DNA of 35,027 nucleotides. Source: Sminthopsis crassicaudata (lineage: Eukaryota). Of this stretch, positions 1 through 10,467 are shown piece after piece (positions within the stretch are counted from its first letter, which is position 1; the number at the start of each line of letters is the position of its first letter). Position numbers and translations under genes: made by a program. The notes beneath the pieces were generated by a model. The model was not told the DNA's origin and made no database searches. It saw nothing but the letters and a program-made list of their open reading frames with translations. The stretch spans positions 66,827,148-66,862,174 of the forward strand of contig NC_133621.1 in NCBI RefSeq assembly GCF_048593235.1, written 5' to 3'.

Positions 1-144
1 AACGACAAAGTGGGGAGCTTCGGAAAGAAGGGGGGTTTGCATCATCTAGGGGTGGAAATTCGATCTGGGAAGTAAATATCCCCCCACACTCACACACCTC
101 CCCCTGCCCTCCCCCCTTCCCTTACTGTGTGTGTCTGCCCCCAG

Positions 145-253
145 AATGCCGCACGATGGCCCCAGACCTTTTCCCAGTCCTGCCTCCCCGAGGACACCGC
201 AGGCTTCATGTTCCGAGAGCCAGACGGGCTGGACAGAGTCATTAGTCACCCAG
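145..253 (+). other. Candidate internal exon (109 nt) of an unidentified gene
   Basis: Pyrimidine tract, branch-like CTTAC (121-125), acceptor ...ctgcccccAG (144) and donor CAG|GTATTT (253/254). Two frames are open (NAARWPQTFSQSCLPEDTAGFMFREPDGLDRVISHP; MPHDGPRPFPSPASPRTPQ...). Neither protein is recognised. Confidence 0.4.
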
Positions 254-306
254 GTATTTACACTGTTTTTCCTATTTCCTTTCTCCCATGGCCTCTGTGG
301 TCAGAG

Positions 307-323
307 TATAAAATTCCTAGGAA
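307..323 (+). promoter_or_regulatory. TATA box (TATAAAA, 307-313) abutting palindrome TTCCTAGGAA (314-323; STAT6-type TTC-N4-GAA / BCL6-like)
   Basis: Motifs read directly from the sequence. They lie ~120 nt upstream of a strong donor in a CpG-rich region. Confidence 0.45.
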
Positions 324-339
324 CTCCCACCTAAACACT

Positions 340-431
340 GGCTTCCTGTTTATGCGCGCCCTGGCTTTTATGTTTAGCCGTTAAAAGTGGTGGGACTGGG
401 GCCGCGGGAACAATGCGAAGGGGGGCTGCAG
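340..431 (+). other. Candidate first exon (start approximate) ending at strong donor CAG|GTAAGG
   Basis: Donor at 431/432. TSS inferred ~30 nt after the TATA box. ATG at 413 in ACAATGC context gives MRRGAA-(G) in phase 1. Product not recognised. Confidence 0.45.
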
Positions 432-540
432 GTAAGGAGGAGACAGCCGGGGCGCCGGGGATCCCAGCGGCCTTCCCTCCTCCCCGGCACAGAGATTCGG
501 GAAATTCAAGTGTAACCTAAGGGCCGGGACCACGGGGGAG

Positions 541-1027
541 TCTCAGAGATAGACAGAGACAGAGACAGAGAGACACAAAGATAGACACAGAGCCCCAGAA
601 ACAGAAGAGAAGCAGAGAGACAGAGATAGAAGAGAAGAAGAAAGAGAGACAGAGGAAAAACAGAGACAGAGGAGAGATAGAGACACAGAGACAGAAGAGA
701 GATAGGCACAGAGACAGAGAGACAGAAACAGAAGAGAAGCAAAGAGACAGAGACAGATGGAGACAGAGATATAATCATACACACAGAGACATAGTGGAGC
801 CAGGGAGAGACAGAGAGTCAAGACAGACACAAAGAGACACAGAGATGGAGCAATGACAGAGAAACAGAGACAGAAAGAGACAGGAGAAAGAGATAGAGAT
901 AGAGGAAAGACAGAGACAGACACAAAGACAGAAAAGAAGAGAGACAGAGGCAGGGAGAGACAGACAGACATAGAGACAAAAAGAGAAACAGAGAGATAGG
1001 AAAGACAGAGACAGAGAGAGACAGAAA
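541..1027. repeat. Degenerate (GAGACA)n purine-rich simple repeat, tract 1
   Basis: ~480 bp of GAGACA/CAGAGA/GATA units with very few T on the + strand. Confidence 0.95.
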
Positions 1028-1354
1028 TGGGAATTTAAGGGCCAAGGAAATACACATTTTTTTAAAGTTTCTGTTCTCAGGGAACTTAAATTCAAAAAGA
1101 AGATGAGGAAGTAAGTCAGACCTGAGAGTAAGCTGGAGTGCACGTGGCCTCTCCGGACTGAGCCCTTCCAGGCGCTGAGAAGGCATCAGGGTGGAGTCAT
1201 CCTCAGGGAGACAAAGCAGCTGGTGTGGAGGTGGACGGGACCAGAGAGGGGCTGGCAGGGAACTCGTGATTCCCTTCCCTTTGGTACTAAGTATCTACAT
1301 CAACTTAATAGTTAAAAACAGAAAGAGCACAAAGTATTGAAATTTTCATTTCTC

Positions 1355-1470
1355 TAGAACTGGGAAGGACCACAGAAGCCATCTAGTGTGATATCTCCAT
1401 TTTACAAATCTGGAAACAGTCGAAGAGAATGACATGTTCAAGGACATGTAAATATTAGAAGGCAGAACCA
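1355..1470 (-). mobile_element. MIR3-like CORE-SINE fragment
   Basis: tagaactgggaaggacc...gccatctagt (reverse of MIR3 tail) followed by antisense core ccattttacaaatctggaaac. Confidence 0.55.
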
Positions 1471-1754
1471 ACATCTTCACTTTGCTCCATCAATATTAAA
1501 TGATCCAAAAACCTATAAAGGCTAGACAGTTTTTGGTGAAGTGATACGCCACTGAGCAATGTTGCTGTATGCATGGAACAGACCTGAATATTGCAGAGAT
1601 TTCTTCTTACCTCCGTTAATAGTCTGTCTCCACTTACACAGCAAACTAGCCTTAAGGGTCATTCAAATTGTCTTCATCCTGAAACTTGGTGTCACAGAAC
1701 CTGAGAGATATAAGAGAGCTCTAAAGTCATCTAGCCTAATTCATGATTTCTAGC

Positions 1755-2222
1755 ACAGAGGGAGGGAGAGACACAAGGGAAACACAAGGACAGAGAGAGA
1801 CATAGGCAGAGACACAAAGGATACCAAGATAGGGAGAGACAAACACACACAGAGGGAGACAGAGACAGAGAGACATACAGAGAGAGGGAGACAGACATAG
1901 AGGGAAACACAGGGACAAAGAGAGACAGAGACAGAGATAGAAACACAGGGACAAAGAGAGACATAGGCAGACACAGAGATACAGAGACAGAGAGAGAAGG
2001 AGGCATAGAGACACAGAGATAGAGAGAAACACAGGGACAGAGAGAGACACTGAAACAGAGAGAGATACTGAGAGACACAGAGACACAGGCAGAGACCCAG
2101 ATAGAGACCCAGAGAGATAAAAATACAGAGACAGAGATACAGAAGCAGAAAGGCACAGAGACAGACATGCATACACACAAAGACCATAGAGACAGAGACA
2201 CATATATAGAGACAGTTAGAGA
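1755..2222. repeat. Degenerate (GAGACA)n purine-rich simple repeat, tract 2
   Basis: ~465 bp, same orientation as tract 1. Contains an exact 24-nt duplication at 1904-1927 and 1940-1963. Confidence 0.95.
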
Positions 2223-2224
2223 GC

Positions 2225-2625
2225 AAATGGTTTTCTAGTATTTTCCTGAAGATCTATAGAGAAAGGAAACCCACTGCCTCTGGATGTGGAATTAGTTTAC
2301 TTTTTGACCGCAGTAATTGCCGGGCACTTGTTACCCATGTCTAGTCTTGATTTATCTCTTTGTAACTTGGACCCTAATACTTCTTTTAAGACCAATTTTT
2401 TAAGAAAAAAAATCGAATCCTTCTTTCCCATGATAGCCTTTCAAGTACTCAAATGTTGCCGTCTTATTTCCTAAAAGCCTTCTTTTTCTCCAGGTTAACC
2501 ATCCTTGGTGCAGTTAGCCCATCTTGGAATAACTTGAGGCCTTTTACCATTCCAGCTGTTCTCTGAATACAATCCAGAATATCAATGTCCTCTCTAAAAT
2601 GCGGTCCTCCAAATTGAACATGATA
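2225..2625 (-). mobile_element. L3/CR1 LINE fossil (ORF2 C-terminal region)
   Basis: Minus-strand translation VQFGGPHFREDIDILDCIQRTAGMVKGLK...NLEKKK...FEYLKG resembles the CR1 motif [29 protein letters not shown]...SLEKRRLRGDL...FKYLKG. Confidence 0.8.
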
Positions 2626-3683
2626 TGAAGAAAGATTGCCTGGCTTACAACCAAAAGAACAAATCAGTTGAGTGATTTTTATGGTATTCTGGCAAAACCC
2701 AACACTTGGCTTCTTCCCAGTTAAGTTTGTTAGTATTACTGAAAAAGTCCTTCTGTTCAAAAAAGTCAAGTTAACCTCTCAGTCGAAAAGAAGGAGACCT
2801 TACATCCCAGTCAAAGGGGACTGGAAAATTGGGTTGTGCTTTAGATAAGTGTGTAATATATTTCTTTGCATATCATTTGTTTAAATTACGTTATTGACTT
2901 TGGAAATGCAAGTTATGAAAACTAAAAAGAAAAAAAAAGCGGTTCTTCCCATGAGCCAATCAAACTTAAGAATTACAAGTTCAAGCTCAAATGCCATCTT
3001 GAACATGCCTTTCTCACCATTGTATTACTTAAGAGCTGAGTGTTATATTACCACTGAATTTCCTGTCCCAGATAAGGTTAAGCTAGACACTTGTTGTTAT
3101 TTAAATAGTTTTAAATATTTTATGATATCTAGAATTATGCCATTTTTCCATAGCTCACACCCTGTACTTTAATGTTTCATTTGCCAAAAATGAAGGGAAA
3201 ATATCTTTCTCATGTACACATGGCAGCTTGGGCAATACGTGCAATTTTGTGCTTAGCACAAAAAACAACAAAGAAATAGGTTAAGCAGCCCTACCACCTC
3301 CTCAATCATCCTATACACATTTTATAGACTGGGCAGGACAAGGTAGAGAGAAATATGCCCCAAACATGTGAATGTATGAGTCTATATATTTTTGCTTAAA
3401 GCAGTGTTCAAGCATTCTGCCTTAAATTGTTTTCTGCTAAAAGCATTTGAAGTCCTTCCATCCCAGGAGGGCATTATAAAAGAAGTATGGCTATCCAAAG
3501 AGAACTTGCCCTGGATGAGAATTTTGTACAAAAATCCCCATGCCACATTTTTTTTCAAGGCGGACATGTTGCCAATTAAAAATCAAGGTGTAGTGGAGAA
3601 GTCAGAAATCCCACATTATTCTTCCACAACTTCAGGATGGATAATATTCATATTATACTGAAATAAGTAAGATGTGTCCAGTA

Positions 3684-4311
3684 GAAACTGAGCGGATGCC
3701 CATCAATTGGGGAATGTCTGAATAAGTTATGGTTTAAGAACGTAATGGGATATTATTGTTCTGTAAGAAATGACCAGCAGGATGATTTCAGAGAGGCCTG
3801 GGGAGACTTATATCAACTGATGCTGAGTGAAATGAGCAGGGCCAGGAGATCATTGTACACGGCAACAAGAAGATTATACAATGATCACTTCTGAAGGATG
3901 TGGTTCTCTTCAACAATGAGATGATTCAAACCAATTCCAATTGTTCAGTGATGAAGATGGGTCATCTACACCCAAAGAGAAGCCTATGTGAATTGAGTGT
4001 GGATCACAACATAGTATTTTCATGCTTTCTGTTATTGTTTGCTCGCATTTTTGTTTTCTTCTCAGGTTTTTTTTTTTCTTCTTGATCTGATTTTTCTTGT
4101 GCAGCAAGATAACTATATATATATATATGTATATACATATATATACATATTGTATTTAACATATACTTTAACATATGTAACATGTATGGGGCTATCTGCC
4201 ATCTAGGGGAGGGGGTGGGGGGAAGGAGGAGAAAATTTGGAACACAAGGCTATGCAAGGGTCAATGTTGAAAAATTACCTATGCATATGTTTTATAAATA
4301 AAAATTTTAAA
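3684..4311 (+). mobile_element. 5'-truncated marsupial L1 (end of ORF2 plus 3' UTR) with TSD
   Basis: ggatgcccatcaattggggaatg...gatgctgagtgaaatgagcagg...G-rich tract...aataaaa. Flanked by AAGATGTGTccAGTA (3669-3683) and AAGATGTGTttAGTA (4312-4326). Confidence 0.95.
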
Positions 4312-4857
4312 AAGATGTGTTTAGTAAGACACAATCTATTTTATTCTTCTTGAAATAAAAATAAAGCAGGTCCCGGGTTATTGTAACTCACCATACACTC
4401 TAGAACCTAGTGGCCTATAATCATTTTTGGTGAGTGAGCCACTCAGAAAATCCCAAATAAGGGATATGGTGACTGTTGGAATCACCCAAATTCCAAGTGG
4501 ATTTCAACTGTAGAGTGGAATGTGAGAGTTGGAAGAAGCAATTAATGGTAATGGGGACTTCCAAGAACTTGGAGTGTGGTAGGCAGAAATTTGTCCTTGT
4601 CTTTGACTGATTAATCCCATTCTCAGCTCTTGAGCATGCATTATCTCTTTTTCAAAGACCATGGAACAAGTCTTCTCTGGGATTAGGTTCTGTCTAACAG
4701 GAAATCTAGCATATTAGGGAATTCTGAAATGTCAAAGTAATTATTTCATTTTTCACATGTTCCTATGTCTCCTTTTCTGACCAAATATCTGTTTTCTGAA
4801 CTTCTGTTATGATACTTCTAGTATCTGTATATTCATTTGTTCCTTCATGATTACCTA

Positions 4858-5014
4858 NNNNNNNNNNNNNNNNNNNNNNNNNNNNNNNNNNNNNNNNNNN
4901 NNNNNNNNNNNNNNNNNNNNNNNNNNNNNNNNNNNNNNNNNNNNNNNNNNNNNNNNNNNNNNNNNNNNNNNNNNNNNNNNNNNNNNNNNNNNNNNNNNNN
5001 NNNNNNNNNNNNNN
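4858..5014. other. Assembly gap (157 N)
   Basis: Run of N bases. Confidence 1.
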
Positions 5015-5066
5015 TCCCTCCTTTTCTGTCTCTCTCTCTTTCTTTCTTTCCTTCCTTCCTTCTTTC
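5015..5066. repeat. (CT)/(CTTT)/(CCTT) pyrimidine microsatellite bordering the gap
   Basis: tccctccttttctgtctctctctctttctttctttccttccttcc. Confidence 0.85.
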
Positions 5067-5299
5067 TAAAAGGTACATGTTGGATGTATCATATCCTTAA
5101 GAAAAGATAGCTCTACGTAATAGAGCTTTTCAGTTTTGCAAGAAATCATTTCCTTCTGTTTCACAAATATGGAAATGCTCACTCTACTTGTTTGTTAAGT
5201 TCAGAGATTTTATTTAATTGAACTTTGGCTTTCATGGGCACATAAGTGAAACAAATGAAATAACTTTTTAAAATAATTTTTAAGCTTTTCTTTTCCTTT

Positions 5300-5590
5300 T
5301 GTTTTCCCTCCCCCACCTCTGAAATGAACAATAACAAAAAAGAAAACCAAAAACCTTTGGAAACAACATGCAAAACAAATTCCCACATTGGCCATGTCCA
5401 ATAATACATTTTCTGTTTGGAGTTCATCATATCCCTGTCAGGAGATGGATAGCATTCATCATTTTGGTCTTCTAGAATCATGATTGGTTATTGCATCGAT
5501 CAGAGTCTAAAGTCTTTCAAAGGTGTCATTGTTACTTAATAATACTATTTGTATTAATTGTAATAATTTGCAATAATATTACTATAAATT
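5300..5590 (-). mobile_element. Old marsupial L1 3' UTR fragment (L1_Mars1-like)
   Basis: acaaattcccacattggccatgtcc...ctgtcaggagatggatagc...gaatcatgattggttattgcatcgatcagagt...gtctttcaaag matches a recalled antisense consensus. Confidence 0.7.
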
Positions 5591-5624
5591 GTTCAAGAAG
5601 CTTAGGTTCTATCCAGGGAGATAA

Positions 5625-5815
5625 CATATATACATACACATACATACTATTCATACATGTGTGTATGTTTGTATTTATGTATGTGTGTATAGTCATATAT
5701 ATACATTGAGGTATATATGTATATGTGTATATATATATGTATATATAATTATATATACATATAATTTATTTTGTATTTATAATTTGTTTATATATGCATA
5801 TATAAAATATTTATT
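5625..5815. repeat. (TA)/(TATG)-rich low-complexity tract
   Basis: Alternating TA/TG/CA dinucleotides. Confidence 0.85.
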
Positions 5816-7137
5816 CCATAAGTAAAAGGGGAGAAGCTTGATACTAGGAGGAATCAAAATAGGTGAGCCTGACCTGAATCTTGAAGGAGATTAGAAATGT
5901 GGATATGATTAGGGAATGCACTCCATAGGGGAAAGCTAATATAAAAGACATAGATGTACCTGTATGTTCCCTGACTCCCTCCCAACTGCTCACCTGACTT
6001 CCTACTCCCAGTTCTATCCTGGATACTGATTTCTAAACTGGGGCTGGATTTTTTTTTGGTTTGATCCTTACTTTCTATTCTTTTCTTTGACTCTGGGTTT
6101 TGATCCTCTTTCTGAGATCCATCGCTGCCTCCGACACAGTATCATTAAGCCAAGGGAGCTGCTATATTGAAACAGAAGGTTTCAGGGGACCCAACATTCT
6201 CTCATGATTCTCTCATGATAATCCTTGGGTTATTTGAGTTTTAAGTTGATTTTGAGTTGAGAAACATTGCTATACATCGAATCTCAATCTTAACATTGAA
6301 TCTCAACTAGCTCAAGATTATAAAAATCTCTTAATAGAATGTGTTTTGAAAATAGGAATACTTTTTTTTTTAAATTTGTCTTTGTATATCTAGGGACTAA
6401 CATGATATTTTGTTTTATTGAAGTTGTTTAGTAATGGTTATTGAATTCATTTGAGAAGCATTATCTTACTTTCCCCCAACACAGATCTTCAAAATAATTG
6501 AGGAGTTTTTTTGTTTAATTCAGTCTAACAACAACCTGACAAAGTATTACTGTCCCTATATGAGCTTAACAGTCATACTGACCAAAATCCACAAAAAAGA
6601 GCATCAATGTCTGGGGTCAGATTTTCTATGTTATTATATAGCCCATCCACACACATCCCCTTGTCTATCCACATTTAGGCCTGGTCCAGTTTCTGGTCCT
6701 GAACCTGGATTAATTTACATGGCTCTGGGTCAGCCTCGTAAAGATTTCAGACTACACACACAAATAGCCTCAAAGGTTTGAGTGACCCAGAGTTTGACAT
6801 ACTTATTGAGAGAATATGAAAGGCTAATGAAAAATCCCACCAGGAGAGAATTCATGGCTAATTGGAGTTGTCCTGTGGTCAAAATTATGGAAAAAACCAC
6901 TCCATGTCTTGTGTTCTCCACTCATTAGACACTTGTGGGATTGCAAATTGAGCCTGGGAGATAGAATTTTAGTTCCTATGGTTTCTGCAGTCAGAATTAA
7001 GCTTCAGAATTTATTATGTTATGAACTTAGCTAGCAGGGTTTTCTCCATTTTAGTTTATGTACTTCTATTTAGGGAGATAGCATGCATGCACATGTAAAT
7101 TGGATTTTGATAAGAACTTTGCAACACATAACTACCC

Positions 7138-7765
7138 TTCAATCAGTCAATAGTATTATTAACTGCCTACTATGTGCCAGGCACTGTGCCAGGAGCTGGA
7201 GTTACAAAGACAAAAGTGAAACTATCCTTGTCCTCCATGGGGGTGGGGGGTGGGGGGGTGGTGACAACACTCAAAAGACCAATGTCATCATCAATCAACA
7301 AGCCTTTGTTAAGAACTTCCCATGCTCCAAGCACTGGTCTGTACTAGAGGAACAAGGAAAGGCAAAAACGCAAGATGCAAAAAGAGGGTACTAACACATG
7401 CTTTAAATTGACAGTTTTGGCAGCTAATCAGAGAACAGATTGGCATAGGGAGAGACTTGAGGCAAGAGACCAAATAAAGGTTATTGTAACAGTCCAGTGT
7501 GAGGTAATGAGGGCCTACAAAATGTGGCAGCTGTGTGGGTGATAAGTATGGGACATATAATAAGAGATTTTATGAAAGCAGAAATGACAGGACTTGGCAA
7601 TAGACTGAATATGAGTGGTGAGTCTGAGAGAAGAGTCTGTATGATATTGAACCTGTGAGCCTGGGTGACTGGGAACATGATGGTATCCTTGCATTAATAT
7701 GGATGTTCAGAAGGAGAAGAAGATTTGAAGGGAAATGTTGAGTTTAAAATACCTATAATCCATCC
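7138..7765 (-). mobile_element. L2 LINE fragments
   Basis: Antisense L2 tail (aatcagtcaatag...tgcctactatgtgccaggcactgtgcc) followed by body (ttattgtaacagtccagtgtgaggtaatgagggcc...gacaggacttggcaatagactg). Confidence 0.75.
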
Positions 7766-7769
7766 TCTC

Positions 7770-7960
7770 TTCTCTTCCTCACCCCCGTGCCTTTTCTCTA
7801 ATATCACCCTGCAGATACACTGTATATTTTGCATGCAGATTTTTTTTGCATGTTGTCACCCCCATCAGAAAATGAGTTCCCCGAGAACAGAAACTTTGTA
7901 TATTAAGTGTTTAGCATGGAGTCGGACCTGTAGGAAATTTTTAATAAATGCTTGATTAAA
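7770..7960 (+). mobile_element. L2-type 3' end fragment
   Basis: catgttgtcacccccatcagaaaatgagttcc...gtgtttagcatgg...ttaataaatgcttgatt. Confidence 0.55.
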
Positions 7961-8079
7961 TGTACCTTCTGTCAACTTTCTATCTTGACAGAATTATTAT
8001 AATTATTTATATATATATAATATAAATATAATACATATGTAATTATAATTAACATAATTATTTTTGCATTCTCTCCATC

Positions 8080-8350
8080 ATGGAGATGTCCAAGAGGAAG
8101 CTGGTGATATGAGACTGAATTTCCAGAGAGAGAGAGAGAGGTTAGGACTCACATATACATCTGGCAATCACAGAAATGAGTGATGAAACCAAAGGAGGTG
8201 ATAAAGCACTATAGCATAGAGGTTAGGATTCTGGGTGACTGGGTTGATGATGATACTTTTGAAAGTAATGAAGAGTTTTGGAAGAGGAGAATGTGTGTGA
8301 GGAAGGTAGTGAATTCTCTTTGGGAAATGTTAAGTTTGAGATGTCTTCTC
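8080..8350 (-). mobile_element. L2 LINE fragment
   Basis: gagatgtccaagaggaagctgg...ctgggtgactggg...tgggaaatgttaagtttgagatgtc. Confidence 0.6.
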
Positions 8351-8484
8351 TAAAAAGGGACTTATATTAATATATAATATGATATGATATAAACATATAG
8401 AATGGATTACATATATAATATGAAATAATACCATAAAACCAAATATCATTTGGTTTTTCTTTTTCTACAACGGTGCCAAAATAC

Positions 8485-8975
8485 TTGCTAAGGTACAAGT
8501 TTGACTATTCCATCATTCTCTTGCTTAAAACCTTCAATAGGTTCCCATTTTCTATAGGACACAATATAAAATCTTAACTGGGTAGTGAAGATTTTCCTTA
8601 ATCTGATTCCCACTGAACTTTTCATCCTTATTTTATGCTATTCCCTTTCTCAAACTCTAAACTGAGACAAATTGGATTATTATCATTCCTCTAATTCTCC
8701 ATCTCCCAGACAACCTCATGCCTGGAATGTATCCTCTCTGCCTTTTAGAACCCTTGTCTTTTTTAAGACTTAATCCAATCTTCTGACCTGACCTATCTTG
8801 AAGTTATTCATAATCTCTCCCTTCTCAATTTTCTTGTATTACATTTATTGGTGCACATAGTTGATGGCCTCTGATAGAATGCAAGCTCCATGAGGGAAGG
8901 ACTGCCGAATCATTGTATCCCCAAAGCATGTCAGAATATCCAGCACGTGGTTTATTCTTGATGTTTGTTGAGCAA
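8485..8975 (+). mobile_element. L2 LINE 3' portion
   Basis: ttgcttaaaaccttcaataggttccc...catgcctggaatg...gatagaatgcaagctccatgagggaaggact...gtttgttga. Confidence 0.7.
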
Positions 8976-9309
8976 CAAACTGAATTTGTTACATAGGAAA
9001 GTGAATTTTGTTACATATCATATACATAGCTATCCTTTTAAATTCAATAATGATACAATTGGAAGCCAGGATATGGGTTCCATATTGCCACGGTGGTAAG
9101 CCTAGTCAACTCTTCTTATACTAGGCTTTTTTACTGTTGACCCCAAAGCTAATGGTTGGAGCATTGAACTTAGATGATCTTCGCTGTCAGAGGTGGGTCC
9201 TTCTGACTTCAAGTCCAGCCCTCTCCAATCAAACAAAATCAGCCTCATCTGGGGACAGAAAGACAAAGCGAACAATCCTTTCCCTCTAGTTTACAATCCA
9301 ACTCTGGCT

Positions 9310-9558
9310 GGGGCAACTAGGTGGGGCCATAATGGATAGAGTGCCAGTCCTGGAATCAAGAGGGCTCATCTTCCTGAGTTCAAATCCAGCCTCAGACACT
9401 TACTAGCTATGTGAGTCTGAGCAAGTCACTTAACTTTGCCTCAGTTTCCTTATCTGGAAAAGGAGCTGGAGATAGAAATGACAATCCATTCTAGTATCTT
9501 TGTCAAGAAAACCTCAAAAGGGGTCACAGAGTTAGACTTAACTGAAAAATGACTAAAT
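9310..9558 (+). mobile_element. Mar1-like marsupial CORE-SINE
   Basis: tRNA-derived head ggggcaactaggtgg...gagttcaaatcc, CORE cctcagtttcctt, RTE-like tail ggagctggagatagaaatgacaatccattctagtatctttgtcaagaaaacc. Confidence 0.85.
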
Positions 9559-10097
9559 AGCTCATTCTTCCTTCAAAGAGATCACTCTTCTATTAAATGT
9601 CAATGAGGCTAAAAATATCCATTCACAGACCATACTGTAGTCAGCTGAAGATCATTTTGGGCTTTGCGGCTGCTGTTTCTATCAGCCGAGTCCATCACTA
9701 TATTCATAGCTCTGTTTCTTAGACAGGTGGTCTGGGGGAACACTTCCCAGATCACCAATAGCTTATGGTCTCTTGGTACACCAGCCACCTGCCTTGCCCA
9801 TTAAATTCTCATTGTTAAGGGAGAAGAGAAACCAGCTTTACCTATCTGTCTTTGGTTTTGGATAGAAAATGTTTATTTGCCTTACTTTGGGGTTTTTAAA
9901 GCAACTGCTCCTTTGGGCTGCAGAAATCTCCATCCAGGTGTGCAGAAACATCAGCATCCGGTCTGACTTCCTGACTTGAGTCAGCCTCTTTGGAGACCTC
10001 TCTCTCTCTTTTTTTTTTTTTTTTTTTTAAAGTCTTCAGCATAAGTCTAAAAATAAGATAAGCAAAGATGCAAGGATTCTGGGATAAATGCACTTAC

Positions 10098-10189
10098 CAG
10101 GCCCTGAGACAGCCAGCTGTATTGAGTTCAGGCTATCCCTGGCTGCCAAGCCACAGTCGTGAGAGACTTCTCATCCTGGATTCACGGAG
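10098..10189 (-). other. Candidate non-coding exon on the minus strand (92 nt)
   Basis: Acceptor cctgcctcttcacttcctcttctcctttcccAG and consensus donor CTG|GTAAGT. Stop codons in all three frames. Confidence 0.5.
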
Positions 10190-10467
10190 CTGGGAAAGGA
10201 GAAGAGGAAGTGAAGAGGCAGGATGTGGTCAAGAGGTGCCTGGAGGCCAGGAAGCAGAGGGTGAAAATCCTTGCAGTGACTTTTTGGATGGTGGTGGCCA
10301 GGGTTTTGTTATTATTCTTTTTTTTCCCCTTTCTAGACCTTTTGCCTCAGTCTCCTTTTGACACAGTTCCTTTATCATAAGCCAAATTCTTTGTCTTTTC
10401 CAGGTCTTAAAGACTAACATATTTCCATACTAGCAAACAAAATCATCTATGATATACAACCTAGGAT

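Larger units (their letters stand above)
145..540. promoter_or_regulatory. CpG/GC-rich promoter-like region
   Basis: Dense CpGs (gcgcgcc, gccgcggg, gccggggcgccgggg, cagcgg, cccggc, ttcggg) against a CpG-depleted window. Also contains a TATA box and strong splice donors. Confidence 0.6.

Noticed and set aside
506-2226. Many overlapping 90-158 aa minus-strand ORFs (Ser/Leu/Val/Cys-rich)
   Set aside because: Artefacts of the (TGTCTC)n repeat, which lacks stop codons in all frames.
4837-5110. ORFs spanning X runs
   Set aside because: They are translated assembly-gap Ns.
6195-6315. 11-bp tandem duplication and TTGAG/CTCAA words suggesting an inverted repeat
   Set aside because: The arms do not pair collinearly. 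It looks like local slippage.
6785-6930. Natural-looking + strand peptide (YLLREYERLMKNPTRREFMANW...)
   Set aside because: No flanking splice signals and no recognisable homology.
7239-7262. G-run cluster (G5-T-G6-T-G7) as a functional G-quadruplex
   Set aside because: A short G-rich patch inside an L2 relic with no supporting context.
10098-10189. Selenocysteine read-through of the single TGA in one frame of the antisense exon
   Set aside because: No selenoprotein-like motif or SECIS is visible. One in-frame TGA is expected by chance.
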